From Tubiluchus corallicola (lineage: Eukaryota > Animalia > Priapulida): a stretch of DNA of 64,000 nucleotides. Made by a program: the position numbers and the translations under genes. The notes under the pieces were generated by a model. It did not search any database and had not been told where the DNA came from. It saw only the letters and a program-made list of their open reading frames with translations. Within the stretch, counting starts at the first letter, position 1, and every line of letters begins with the position of its first letter. This document shows, piece by piece, positions 1 through 12,060 of the stretch. The stretch is taken from NCBI GenBank assembly GCA_030141605.1, contig JAQGDQ010002373.1, forward strand, positions 29,470-93,469, written 5' to 3'.

Positions 1-378
1 ATTCTATACATATGAAAGTCACTTATTCTATACATATGAAAGTGAGTCATTCTATACATATGAAAGTGACTTATTCTATACATATGAAAGTAAATTATTC
101 TATACATATGAAAGTGACTTATTCTATACATGCGAAAGTGAATTATTCTATACATATGAAAGTGAGTCATTCTATACATATGAAAGTGACTTATTCTATA
201 CATATTATTCTATACATATGAAAGTGACTCATTCTATACATACGAAAGTGAATTATTCTATACATATGAAAGTGACTTATTCTATACATACGAAAGTGAG
301 TCATTCTATACATATGAAAGTGACTTATTCTATACATATGAAAGTGAGTTATTCTATACATATGAAAGTAAATTATAT
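1..378. repeat. 24-bp minisatellite (ATTCTATACATATGAAAGTGACTT), about 15 copies, cut off by the window start
   Basis: Unit visible directly; explains the YSIHMKVT-repeat ORFs. Confidence 0.95.
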
Positions 379-689
379 TAATTAAGAAGCAGTTAAGCAA
401 CGAAACTTAAGAAAAATAAAATCCGCCAAAATTCAAGTGGAAATTTAATGAAGTTAATGTGCTCTTACGTGCTGAAGTTAGAAAAATAAAAACCTTGTAG
501 TTTCAAAAAACGTATTTGTCACGTGATGCTACATAACAGCAATTAGTCATGCAGAACAAGAGCAATTTTTTCAGAACTCCAAAGTGTTTAAAGTATTTAT
601 GGTGGTGATGATGGTGTAAATGAAGTACATAATTTAATGAAATAATTTTTTTCTTTTTTTAATATTACTACAGTACATATATTTACAGT

Positions 690-895
690 TTATGTATGTG
701 CGTGTGTGTGTGTGTGTGTGTGTGTGCATGCGTGTGCGTGCGTGCTTGCGTGCGTGAGTGTTTATGTGTGCGTGTGTGCGTGCGTGAGTGTTTATGTGTG
801 TGTGTGCGCGTGCCTGCGTGCTTGCGTGTGCATGTGCGTGTCAGTTTATATATGTGTGTGTGCGTGTGCATGCGTCCGTGTGTCAGTTTATATAC
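690..895. repeat. (TG)n/(TGCG)n compound microsatellite
   Basis: Direct inspection. Confidence 0.95.
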
Positions 896-1160
896 AATTA
901 ATATGTAATTACAGCACTGCATAATGCTAATTTAATACTCAGTTTGGGTGGCTGATTCGATAACTATATTGTTCGCCACCCCTTCTCATTTGTTTGATTT
1001 TTTTAATTTATGCCTATTTTTCTATGTATTATTACTGGGATGAAAAATGAATGATTTGATTTGATTTTGGTGGCTGTATAGTAGGGCAACCATGACGAGG
1101 AAGCAAGATGTAAATAAAGTACCACGCTTTGTGATGAAGAAAGTAGTGCGAACAGGGTGG

Positions 1161-1459
1161 CATAGTCGTACGATCCGGGGGGGGTGCAGCTCCCTTCATT
1201 CGGGCAATCATTTTTTCGGGCACCGGCCAAATGAAGAAAAGAATAACATTTATATTATATATTTAATAAAGCTAAAATAAAAAATATTTTTCGTAAAAAA
1301 AATCTGGAAATTCCTCCATGCCGTCAAATGAAGTGGCCGAAGTCCGGACATTTTTTTGTTCAAGGGGTGGGGTGGGACAGTTCTGGACTCGGAGTTGACA
1401 TGCACTTTTCGGGCAAAAATAGCTCACTCCTTCTGGAAAAATCGACCCGTACGCATATG
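1161..1459. mobile_element. Old hAT-like MITE
   Basis: Imperfect terminal inverted repeats (TIRs) CATAGTCGTACG ... CGTACGCATATG; target-site duplication (TSD) degraded (CAGGGTGG vs CAGATTGT). Confidence 0.45.
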
Positions 1460-3192
1460 CAGATTGTTAGCGTCGTGCAGCATCTTGATGGTGGTGGTGG
1501 TGGTGGTAGTTTGCGGCAGCGGCAGTGGTGATGATGGCGACAATGTTTGTTCAAGATGAGGTTATGGCGTGAAAACGATGTTAGTTGTTACAGCATCGTA
1601 GCCTGTAGAACAGTTCCTCTCTTACTCTGCGCTGTTGTCTATTCAATGGTTTATTTACCATCTGAGTAAACAGATTTAAAGTGCCCGAACTGCCTTGGCC
1701 TTGTTTTATCTTAGCTGAAAACGGCTGGGTAAATCAGTACAGTTTCGAGGACACTGCTTTATTATACCACGAGCCGTGAATTTAGACGATCATTATTCCA
1801 ATTTATTCGCTTTAAAATCCCTTTTGGGCGTTTATTTTAAAGGACAAGAAAAGGGGCACCTGAAGTAGGTTTCAGAAAAATCGTCTCAAAAAATTGTATT
1901 ACTTTATAGCAATTTTATGCACATATCTTACTCACACTGAAAGGAATTTTAGTTTGTTTTCATTTTAAATCTCCCGCAATACTGTTCCGAAGTCGCCATT
2001 ACATGACGTCATGTACCAAACGTAAATGAAGGGAAGAAAAGGCAATGTTAAATTATGTCTCAAAAGACTTTCCATGCAAATCTATTTTACTTGGATTTTC
2101 GCTTGCCTGCTAGAAAGACTTATGTAACTAGAAAAAGAATTATTAATTATTTAAATGTTTTCACCAATTGGTAAAATGTCGCTGACTCGCCCTGCAGGGT
2201 GCACCACCCACTAACCAAAAAACGTATTTTTAATCTTATTGACAAGATACAGTAATTTTAAATTATATTTAGTTAGTAACATGTGTGCTACGAATGCTCT
2301 GATTATTTTTTCAAACTTTACAAAATGTTATCTAAACTTGTTTCAAACGACCTGTCGTAAAAATGGCTGCGTCTAACGGTCATCGCCGGAGTCTAAATTG
2401 AAGTCCTGCATGCAAAAAGGCAGTAAGTAAGCGATGTAAAATTTCAAAACGAATTTTTTAAGCTTTATGTTTATGAAGGGTTTTCGTGTGCTTTAAATCA
2501 TAAGGCGCATCTGAACAAGCACTGGTCGTAAGATAGTGGCTGAGCACCATTGCTGTAGTAAAAACTTCGTAAAATCATCAGAATTAGTTCAATCTATGCA
2601 TTTCATGAAAAAATGGTAGTCCGTTAGAATAATATACAGTTATAAACAAAGTATACGTGTTCACAATACGGTCTTGTTGAGTCATTTACTAAATCTTAAC
2701 AATTACAATGCGTCTTAAAAACTAAAAACAAGTTTCTTAATCGTGAAAAATTCGTGACAATTTTTTTTTGTTACTGCCAGTGTCTGCTATTGACATTGTT
2801 ATTTTTTGTAATAAGCGCTTACGACTTTCACTAAAGAAACCGAATTTAGTGTCCTAACTGCTTTTAAAGCGTCATTAATTTGTGTTGTTCAATCTCTGTG
2901 CAAAATGTGATTAAAATGAACGATATACACATAAGCTTACTTCTCAAAGCGTATTTTTTTTTAAAAAATGCCTACTCGCGTGCTGTATTAACAAAGGAGC
3001 AGGCCAGATGAAATACGTGAAATGTGGTTGGTAAGTTATCAATGAAATTGGCAAAACGAAGCGAGATTTTAATTTGCTTAAACGTTAGTATTGAAATGTT
3101 ACGTAAACGATTAATCACGCATTGTCATTGGAATCGAATGTTAAGATATTCGTTTTTGCAGGGTGACAATGATGCCCATAGTGTCTTTTCAG

Positions 3193-3290
3193 CAGGGCCT
3201 ATTTCAAGGGGGGATACTTCCCCGGGGCCTCACCCTCCAGGGGGGCCTCGCGCCAAGGTAACATTTTTTTGCTTTATGCGAACATACTGC

Positions 3291-3377
<87 letters not shown>

Positions 3378-3636
3378 CCGCACGCGCGCCGTTTGCCAGT
3401 ATTGACAAGTATTAAGGACTGGTCTTGAGAATAAAGCAGTTTTTCTTTCAATTGTTCTTTCCTTTAACAACTGTATAACTCCATATTTTCTCTTCGAAAA
3501 TGCTTCTCCGGCGTTCTAGCAGTTCAAAAATTTTCTGGGCGCCAACCATGGTAGCGCTCGCCGCCCCACCCCACCCCCCGTTGGGGCCTCACACGCCCCA
3601 CTTCCCCGGGCCTCGCCTAGGCTGAAATAAGCCCTG
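3193..3636 (+). mobile_element. hAT-type MITE family A with internal (CT)n
   Basis: TIRs CAGGGCCTATTTCA ... TGAAATAAGCCCTG; 8-bp TSD CTTTTCAG/CTTTTCAA; four more full copies in the window. Confidence 0.9.
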
Positions 3637-3871
3637 CTTTTCAATGCCCAAAACTTCAGAAAGTTAAACGAAGAAACGTTAAAGTTTCATTAGCGGCTTG
3701 CATACGGTACATAAGCTCACTGAGCAACAGAATGGTGCAGTGACACAGCTGTTTCAGCTAGAATAAATCTTGTCTAAGATTTAATTAGGAGGTAACTGAC
3801 GTGAAATAATGAGCATAACCAGTTTTCCACCCAAGTACGCAAACGGTTGCACGTACCTCATGTGAGAAAGC

Positions 3872-3948
3872 TATATAAAATAAAATATATAATATATATG
3901 TCGCTTACAATATTTAATTGTTTTATATATACATATACATATAATATA

Positions 3949-3983
<35 letters not shown>

Positions 3984-4034
3984 ACAATTAAATATTGTAA
4001 GCGACATATATATTATATATTTTATTTTATATAT
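3872..4034. repeat. Inverted repeat with ~52-bp arms around a (TA)/(CA) core
   Basis: TATATAAAATAAAATATATAATATATATGTCGCTTACAATATTTAATTGTT recurs reverse-complemented at ~3983-4034. Confidence 0.85.
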
Positions 4035-4219
4035 GTATAATATAACATATATATATATATAACATATATATAAAACTGTAGTAATTATTTTGTTGGTCTG
4101 TATTGTTACTATATTTCAAAATTAAAATTAGGTGTATGTCTTATTTTTTTCCCTGTATTGTATGTATTTTTGGCACTAATAAATATGAAATGAAATATAA
4201 ATACATTATATATATATAT

Positions 4220-4654
4220 GAAGGATGCCCACACTGTATCTCGACACTAGGCGGAGGAGCTGCACAAGCAGCCAACGGCTAGAGGGCGGAGGAGGTCAAG
4301 TGACCCAACGGCCATGTGTAGAGGAGTAAACCTTCCAAATCAGGAGTGGAGCCCCGAAGGCGGACCAGTGCAGCATGCTCACTGACTCCGGCAGCTTCGT
4401 CAGCCAACCTGGTGCCAAACGTATCGCTCCGCTTTCCTGTGGACTACACCAGGGAGGAAGAGAGGGGGTTCCTGTTGTCTGGGCAACTCAGGATCTCCAT
4501 ACACCTTGCCCAGGCGTGCACCCTGGAGACGTTCAAGGATCGCACTGCTCAGCCACAGTCGACGCTGCAGCTCCATCAATGTGATCAATAACTGACTCTC
4601 TTGGCGCACAATCCATTGTCTTCCGAGACAGAAGGATGCCAACAACAACAACAA
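4220..4654 (+). mobile_element. 5S-derived SINE copy lacking the 5S head
   Basis: Body matches 18793-19223; ends GAAGGATGCC(AAC)n; sits in (TA)n. Confidence 0.9.
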
Positions 4655-5220
4655 TATATGTATGTGTATGTATAATGTATAGACGCAACATCTTCTTGCT
4701 AATGTCGAATGGCTGTGGCAGCACCAGTATCTATTTTTTCTGTCGAAGTTAATGTTCTAAGCTAACTTAACTAAGACATTAAGCCGTCACCCACCCAAGT
4801 TCGCAAGTGAGTAGGAGTAGCGATGATGACAACAGCGAGGAAGCAACAGCGAAAATGGCCGTAGTGAGGATGGCAAATGTCAATACATTGAGGCAACAAA
4901 TACAACATGTTAACAGTCCTGGGGATTATTTTAACATTAGACATGTTTGATTGGCAAGTTGACGCTGCCCAACGGCAATGATTAAACATTTACGAATTTA
5001 GAAGAAATATATTTGTAAGATGAATTGCCCATTCAAAGCGTAGGTGATATTCTTGTAGGTGTTGCTTAGGAATAAAACCAACATTACCTTGAAGCTTAGG
5101 AACCAGATCAGGTAAGGCCTAAGGCCATTTTTTCCATGGACAGCGAAGTAACCAGAACAGGCTTTTGGCATTCCCGTTTGTAAACTAAGCAGAAGAAAAT
5201 GTTAATAAACTGCGTGCATA

Positions 5221-5911
5221 ATGCTAATGGTCCTATAGTTATAGTCCTAGGTCCTAGGTCCTAGGTGCTAATGGTCCTAGAGTTATAGTCCTAGGTCCTA
5301 GGTGCTAATGGTCCTAGAGTTATAGTCCTAGGTCCTAGGTGCTAATGGTCCTAGAGTTATAGTCCTAGGTCCTAGGTGCTAATGGTCCTAGAGTCATAGT
5401 CCTAGGTCCTAGGTGCTAATGGTCCTAGAGTTATAGTCCTAGGTCCTAGGTGCTAATGGTCCTAGAGTTATAGTCCTAGGTCCTAGGTGCTAATGATCCT
5501 AGAGTTATAGTCCTAGGTGCTAATGGTCCTAGAGTTATAGTCCTAGGTCCTCGGTGCTAATGGTCCTAGAGTTATAGTCCTTGGTCCTAGGTGCTAATGG
5601 TCCTAGAGTTATAGTCCTAGGTCCTAGTTGCTAATGGTCCTAGAGTTATAGTCCTAGGTCCTAGGTGCTAATGATCCTAGAGTTATAGTCCTAGGTCCTA
5701 GGTGCTAATGGTCCTAGAGTTATAGTCCTAGGTCCTCGGTGCTAATGGTCCTAGAGTTATAGTCCTAAGTCCTGGGTGCTAATGGTCCTAGAGTTATAGT
5801 CCTAGGTCCTAGGTGCTAATGGTCCTAGAGTTATAGTCCTAGGTCCTCGGTGCTAATGGTCCTAGAGTTATAGTCCTAGGTCCTAGGTGCTAATGGTCCT
5901 AGAGTTATAGT
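5221..5911. repeat. 37-bp minisatellite (GTGCTAATGGTCCTAGAGTTATAGTCCTAGGTCCTAG), about 18 copies
   Basis: Unit visible directly; contains GTCCTAG sub-repeats. Confidence 0.95.
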
Positions 5912-6570
5912 CTATGAGCTCAGGAAAGGTTATCCAAAGTCCTTGTATATGCAGCCCTTGATGAAGGCTATATAATAGTCATTTAAAATAATGATTATTT
6001 TACTATTTAGGGCTGAGTAAGTTAGTAATCACGGCATAGTTAAGCAGCACAGATCCTGATTAGAAAATGGATATGTGACCACATCATTCGGGAAATTGTT
6101 TTTGGCTGGTTTCACCATCGGCCGTGCACAGGAAGGCTCTATGCACGTGGCTAATCCCCGTCTACGGTTTAATATCTCACTTTGAGAGGGTCAGTTTTAT
6201 GAAGAGCTAGATTCCAGTCCCGTCTCAATCATCCAACTTTACTAAGCTAACACTTTTCACGTTTAGTGTTGGATCCCTGGTTCACAGTGTTATGAATCGC
6301 ATCATCATAACATTATGATTATGTTCTTTAGCTTGCATATCTAGGCCCTGTATATACGTATGTGTAGTGCCCAAATGTATTTTGTAAATTGTCCGTCGCG
6401 TTTTTTGATTGTAATCAACTGCTCGTATTTTTTCGAAAAAATATTTTTTCAACTTTTTGTAATTGCCTAGCAGTGATTCACGTAATATGCTTAGGAAAGA
6501 ATACTTTTTTTTATAAAACTGTAAATAAGTGCATATTGTAGAGAATGGTGCTGTGCTGTGTTTATATATA

Positions 6571-7420
6571 TATTAATTCTTTATTTGTCATTAAAATGGT
6601 TCACTCATTATAATAAAATTGAGTAAGCCTCAGCGTAATGTTAAAATAACAACACTGTTCAAGACAAATGCGTCCAGTGCTGACTAAAAAAAACTAAAGT
6701 GCAAAACTAAGGCCTAATTATATACAATAAATGAACATATTTACAAACACCATATTAATATATTTTTACAAAACAATATTACAAAAGTACATTCAATTTT
6801 ACATGACATATTTTACACTATATATACATTCGACATGACACAATTAACAGAAACATGCTTTACATTACATAAATTTCACTCATTACATTTACACTATTTA
6901 TACATTTTTTCAAAACTGACATAACACGTATTACATTACATAATTTTTTTAAAAAATTTCATTTTTAATCGTTATATGGAGTCAGGGGCGGGGGTAGATG
7001 AAAGTTGAGTCTGTGTAATTAGTATCAGATGCACAATGTGGAAGTTGAAACCTGTTATATTGATATTCTTTTAATTTCTTTTTAAAGTAGTGGAGAGATT
7101 CTATTTGTTTTATTTCACTGGGTAGTAAGTTCCGTAAACGTATGGCCTGTTTTCATATAGAGTTATTTCCAAATTTATTGCTTACTGTAATTTGCTTTAA
7201 ATTGTCTGTTACATATTGTTTAAATTGGTATCAGGAATGAATGCTAAGGGATTGTTTATAAATGGAATGCTCAGTTTATTGATATATTTATAAAGAAATA
7301 TCAGTGTTTTGTAATCTCGATAGGCTTCTGATATTGGTATTTTTGTGGACGTTCTTAAGCTTGTTGCAGAAGCAGCATGTTGTTTAGCAGTTTTGTTAGA
7401 GTAGCCATGAATTGCTTTCA
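6571..7420 (-). mobile_element. 3' end of a CR1/L2-group LINE (family 2), degenerate
   Basis: ORF 7209-7421 (TLIFLYKYINKLSIPF) resembles the end of ORF 11105-11935; 3' region shared with 14232-14757; partial second copy at ~7470-7630. Confidence 0.7.
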
Positions 7421-8647
7421 ATTTATACTATTATAAAATATCCAGGGAGAATGGTAAGTTTTATGTTTAAATTTTACATTTTTAATCGTTTTATGGAGTC
7501 AGGGGCAGGGGTAGATGAAAGTTGAGTCTGTGTAATTAGTATCAGATGCACAATGTGGAAGTTGAAACCTGTTGTATTGATATTCTTTTAATATCTTTTT
7601 AAAGTGGTGGAGAGATTCTATTTGTTTGATAGGCCCTCGTGTCTAATACGCGTAAAAGTTGGAAACAGCGATTTATATTTACATGAAAGCAGAACTGAAT
7701 CATTATTATTCAGAACGACAGCTGAGTTGATATTCTCATTCTGTTCCGTGTACACTGACAGTAAACTTAATGCAAACACTTAGATAAACAGAAAACCAGT
7801 TTATAACCAATAGGAAGCACAAGCTGTGCATTATTGTAAGCCCAACGCAGCACTTTTAATCTACAGCTGAGTCTTGACAACAATCCATAGTGGAACTAAT
7901 GGCTGGCCTGGCAACAAGGAAATGCTGAAATAGGTGTGCGTGATGTTCGAACAAAGGAGACTGAATCGGGGACTCCCTTTGTCTGCTCCCATTTCAATGA
8001 ACGTCGCCAGCTGGTTAGTGCTTTCCAAGCCTTTCCTGTTGCAAATTGGGATTAGGTCTATTTTGGATCAGGTGGGTAGGGGCGGCGAAGGTACACTCCG
8101 TCGTACATGCCTTGCTATTTTGTCCTGCCTTTTGTCCGCGTTATGACAATATATCGATAAACGTAAGATTGTGGTCATGAGAAGACTTTAGTTCAAAGGA
8201 GGTGAAACAAAACCAGAATCAAAACTAGACAGTAACCTTGAGCTAGTTAGCTTGTCCCAAATTTACGGTTCTTCCTATTCGCAACCCCTTTTGCATCAGC
8301 TTCTCACCCTTATACAATTATCAATCTGAATTTACTATGTAAAACAGTTTTATTCTAGCAGATTTTTCCTTCAGACGGGAGCTGTACAAAACTCTATAAG
8401 CGGCTTGGCTATGATCTCTCATGTTTGAGTAAAACATCAACGTCAATCAGCTTTCTAAGTCAAATCTCGTTTTTTCGCGACTTTTTAACTGAAATACTCC
8501 ATTTTCGTAGTCAGAGTAACTTCAGTCTTCCAGTGGGAAAACCTATAAAAAACATCGAGACATTTTGTCGACTGGCTTTTGCGGTGTTGCCTGTGCACTA
8601 CTGCTTCTTAAAATGATTATGGATATCTTGGCTAATATATATATATA

Positions 8648-9066
8648 TCCTTATTTGCCATAAAAAAAAATCGATATTCATAACTATAAAAGAACATCGC
8701 AGCATGAGAATAAAATTCACGCAACTGTTAAAGGCAAATGCGTCCAGTGCAAACTAAAAAGTACTGTGCCAAAAATTTAAAACAAAATATACATTATAAT
8801 GTTACACGGAAATTATAATAGACTATATAAAATATATACATATAATTTAAAATGGACGTGGGTAAATAAAATTTGTGCATGAATATATATATTATTGTTT
8901 ACGTATGTAGGGTTTTCAAAACGATTTAATGTATGTATTTTTAATTTTGATTTGAATTCGTAGAAAGACTTGATTTGTTTTAAATTTGATGGCAGGGTAT
9001 TCCAAAGTTGAACTCCTTGTTTAGTGATAGAATTGTTGCCGTATTTGTTATTAGTGCGTATTTTCG
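8648..9066 (-). mobile_element. 3' end of a related LINE (family 3)
   Basis: Minus strand reads IRTNNKYGNNSITKQGVQLWNTLPSNLKQIKSF, matching the end of ORF 11105-11935; ends next to (TA)n. Confidence 0.7.
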
Positions 9067-9765
9067 GTCCAAATCTTTAAAGGAATGTTAACGGTACAGT
9101 TTCTAAAGAGACATCTTGTCATACCAAGTTATCGGATTTGATGGCTTAATGAACACTAGATTTTTTCTCCTAAGTACGTTTAGATAGCTAGGTTGTTATA
9201 ATAAAGTCCTACATCTTACTTTCGAGGTACCTTTGGGAGACTGTCATACTCCTCATTTTACTGAATCGATCCAGTAGTATTGGTATTTCGGTGTGTTTTC
9301 CAGAATTCAGGAAACGAGGTTAATTTAAACTGCGCCGGCGCTTTACCACTCTGGACGCTCTCGTTTTGTCGTGTCATTCCACAAAGTTGTAAAAATAGTT
9401 AAGTGCTGTGTTGATGTTTTCGCAGATGTAAACTGGGCTTACTGTACTGAGTAGCGTTGAGGGGAGGGCCGGCAGTAATGATGCTACAAACGTAAGCGGA
9501 CGGATGCATATCGAAAATTGTCTTAAAGGAAAGAACAATCCAAGCAACATATTGGGTTTAGTTTAATTTTGTTAGGTAAAAATTCAAATTTGAGCAACCG
9601 TTTACTTTAAAATAACTTTCAGACGAGAAATCTCACAAATACTTGCGCTCCTGGCGGGTTATTAGGCACCTTCGATATTCCCGCTAGGATTGTCAACTGC
9701 ACAGTTACGTAACATTATCCTAGTCGCGTCTTGGATTTAGGATTGTACTGGGACCTGTTTTGATT

Positions 9766-9855
9766 ACAAGTGGTTGTGCGGTTTAGTGGTGCTGGCATTG
9801 GAGTTGTAATTCAGAAGTTTCTGGTTTAAATCAATGTTGCGTCTCGATTTTTTTC
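9766..9855 (+). other. Possible degenerate tRNA-derived head (pseudogene or SINE remnant)
   Basis: A-box-like TGCGGTTTAGTGG and B-box-like GGTTTAAATC at tRNA spacing, then a T run; cloverleaf not convincing. Confidence 0.25.
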
Positions 9856-10019
9856 ACATAGCCTCCTTTTACACAGACAAGAAGTTCAAAACTTTATGGA
9901 TTGAGGATTTATTCTGCTAGTCGGGTGCTTATTTTTCTTTGTGGGTTTTAATTTATTCCCAGCATTTCTTTTATAATAAGAATTTTTACGTTGCAGTTGC
10001 GACGAAGTTTAGACTTTAG

Positions 10020-10125
10020 CAGGTTCTATTTCGGGGGGGGGAAGGGGGGACACTTCCCCGGGCCTCACCCTCCAGGGGGGCTCGCGCCAAGGTAACTTTT
10101 TTTGCTTTATGCGAACATACTGCCT

Positions 10126-10174
<49 letters not shown>

Positions 10175-10388
10175 CCGTTTGCCAGTATTGACAAGTAAGG
10201 ACTGGTCTTGAGAATAAAGCAGTTTTTCTTTCAATTGTTCTTTCCTTTAACAACTGTATAACTCCATATTTTCTCTTCGAAAATGCTTCTCCAGCATTCT
10301 AGCAGTTCAAAAATTTTCTGGTTGGCGCCCGCCCCCGGCGCTTCAATACCCCCCTCCCCGGGCCTCGCTTAGGCTGAAATAAGCCCTG
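10020..10388 (+). mobile_element. hAT-type MITE family A
   Basis: Same TIRs; perfect 8-bp TSD GACTTTAG. Confidence 0.92.
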
Positions 10389-10891
10389 GACTTTAGACAA
10401 AGAACACTGAAGTCAAAACCCGGGTCACCCGATCCATTCTGTCCATTAACTATAATCAGTACAACGTTGTTGCTTATAGTAATGAGCGCATAAATCAATC
10501 ACAAATAATTCTTTTCTTCTCTGTTTTTTTATTGAGTAACTTGTTGCTGTCCCCTCGCCGCTAGCTCTCCCCTCATCGAGGTTCTACCAATGGACTTGCC
10601 TAGCAACCCGAAACGCCGCAGGGCTCGCTACAGTATGCTTAATACACAAGCGTAGGCTGGGCACGCTGCTTGAGCCATGTTTGCGGCATTGCGCGTTGCT
10701 ACCACAGCTGTTGCAGTTCTGTCAAAAGCAGTTTGCAAAGGCCAAAGTGCAAAACATTGCTCACCGTATTATAACTTACGTAAACAAGTTTTCTGCTGGC
10801 TAGATATTTTTATCCAAGGCTAAATTCTATAGGTCGTAAAACCGTGCTCACTACGTTCATATAATAAACATAATATATATATATATATATA

Positions 10892-12060
10892 TAATAATCT
10901 TTATTGGCCATTAAAAACATTGATAATCACTGATAAAAACTTTACAGAGATAATCAATCAGTGTTAGTTAATAAAAACTTACACTGCTGAAGGCAAATGC
11001 GTCAGTGCAATCTAAACTACTGTGCAGTAATGGAAAGTAACGACGAATAAAATCAAACATATTTATAACTATGCATAAAAAAATAAAAAAAAACTATGAT
11101 TTAATTAATATGGCCGTGGGTATATGAATTCTGAATTAGTGTGTATGCTGTCGTACTGGTGTGATGGTATTTCATATCTGGTTAATATTAGTGATTTTAA
11201 TTTTGTTTTAAATGCTGATAGGGACTTGATTTGTTTAACCTGTAATGGTAGAGAATTCCAAAGTAAAATTGCTTGTTTTATTACAGAGTTCGTTCCATAG
11301 TGGGTATTTGTCCTAATTTGTTTTAGATTGCTTGTTCTGGAATTAACGATAGGATTTGGAAAAAAGTTAAATCTGTTATTCTGGAATGGTTTGCTGATGT
11401 TGTTAATGTATTTAAATATAAAAAGCAGAGTAAAATATTCTTTGTGTGCTTCAATGATTGGGAATTTTAAAGTTTTTCTCAGGTTAGTTGCTGAAGCTTT
11501 GAATTTTTGTCTACCTGCCTTATGTTTGTATGAGTACCCAGCTATCAATCTCAATGCATAGTTTTGAAGGAGATTTAATTTTAAGTAATTTTCTCTTTTG
11601 GTTTTTTGAAGTAGCGTACATCCATATAAGAAGTGTGGTAGAACTAAAGTTTTATATATTAGTGTTTTAGTTTCCTTTGTTAGTTGCCCTTTAACTTGCC
11701 GGAGATATGATGTGCTAGATGCCATTTTTGTGTATATGTTATTAAAGTGTTCATCCCATGAAAGATTATTGTCTACCTGTATGCCCAAGAATTTAACATT
11801 GTTAGTTTGTTTGATTACAGCATTATCTATTGTCAAAGTGGTTGATGATGCATCATTAGTATTTAATGAGGGTGACAGTATCATGGTTTCTGTTTTGTCA
11901 TTATTCATATTTAGCTTGTAATGATTAAATACCATATTTATATTTTTTATATCTTCTTCTAAATAATTTTTGCAGTTTGGACATTTTCATGGACATTTGG
12001 ACATTTGGCTATGTAGATTGTAATGTCATCAGCGTATTGCGTTATTTGTGAGTGTTTTAA
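10892..12060 (-). mobile_element. 5'-truncated CR1/L2-group LINE (family 1): reverse transcriptase C-terminus plus 3' UTR
   Basis: ORF 11105-11935 has LNMNNDKTE, VKFLGIQVDNNLSW, LIYKTLVLPHFLYG and LWNSLP; QYADD reads upstream at ~12025-12039 in a broken frame. Confidence 0.9.

Noticed and set aside
683-924. Low-complexity ORFs (CV, HT, ER, SL, poly-I/Y/L) here and at the MITE-A and microsatellite sites
   Set aside because: Translations of simple repeats.
4346-4591. Recurrent ORF MEPRRRTSAACSLTP as a small gene family (also 18920, 35111, 45040)
   Set aside because: Lies inside the SINE body, starts at GTG, and is disrupted differently by indels among copies.
5221-5911. Regular repeats here and at 1-378, 37828-38180 and 45867-46427 as CRISPR arrays
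   Set aside because: No unique spacers, no cas genes, eukaryotic context; plain minisatellites.
5955-5990. Penelope-type hammerhead ribozyme (CTTGATGAAGGCTATATAATAGTC)
   Set aside because: The CTGA core is altered and the required GAAA after the stem is absent; at most a dead remnant.
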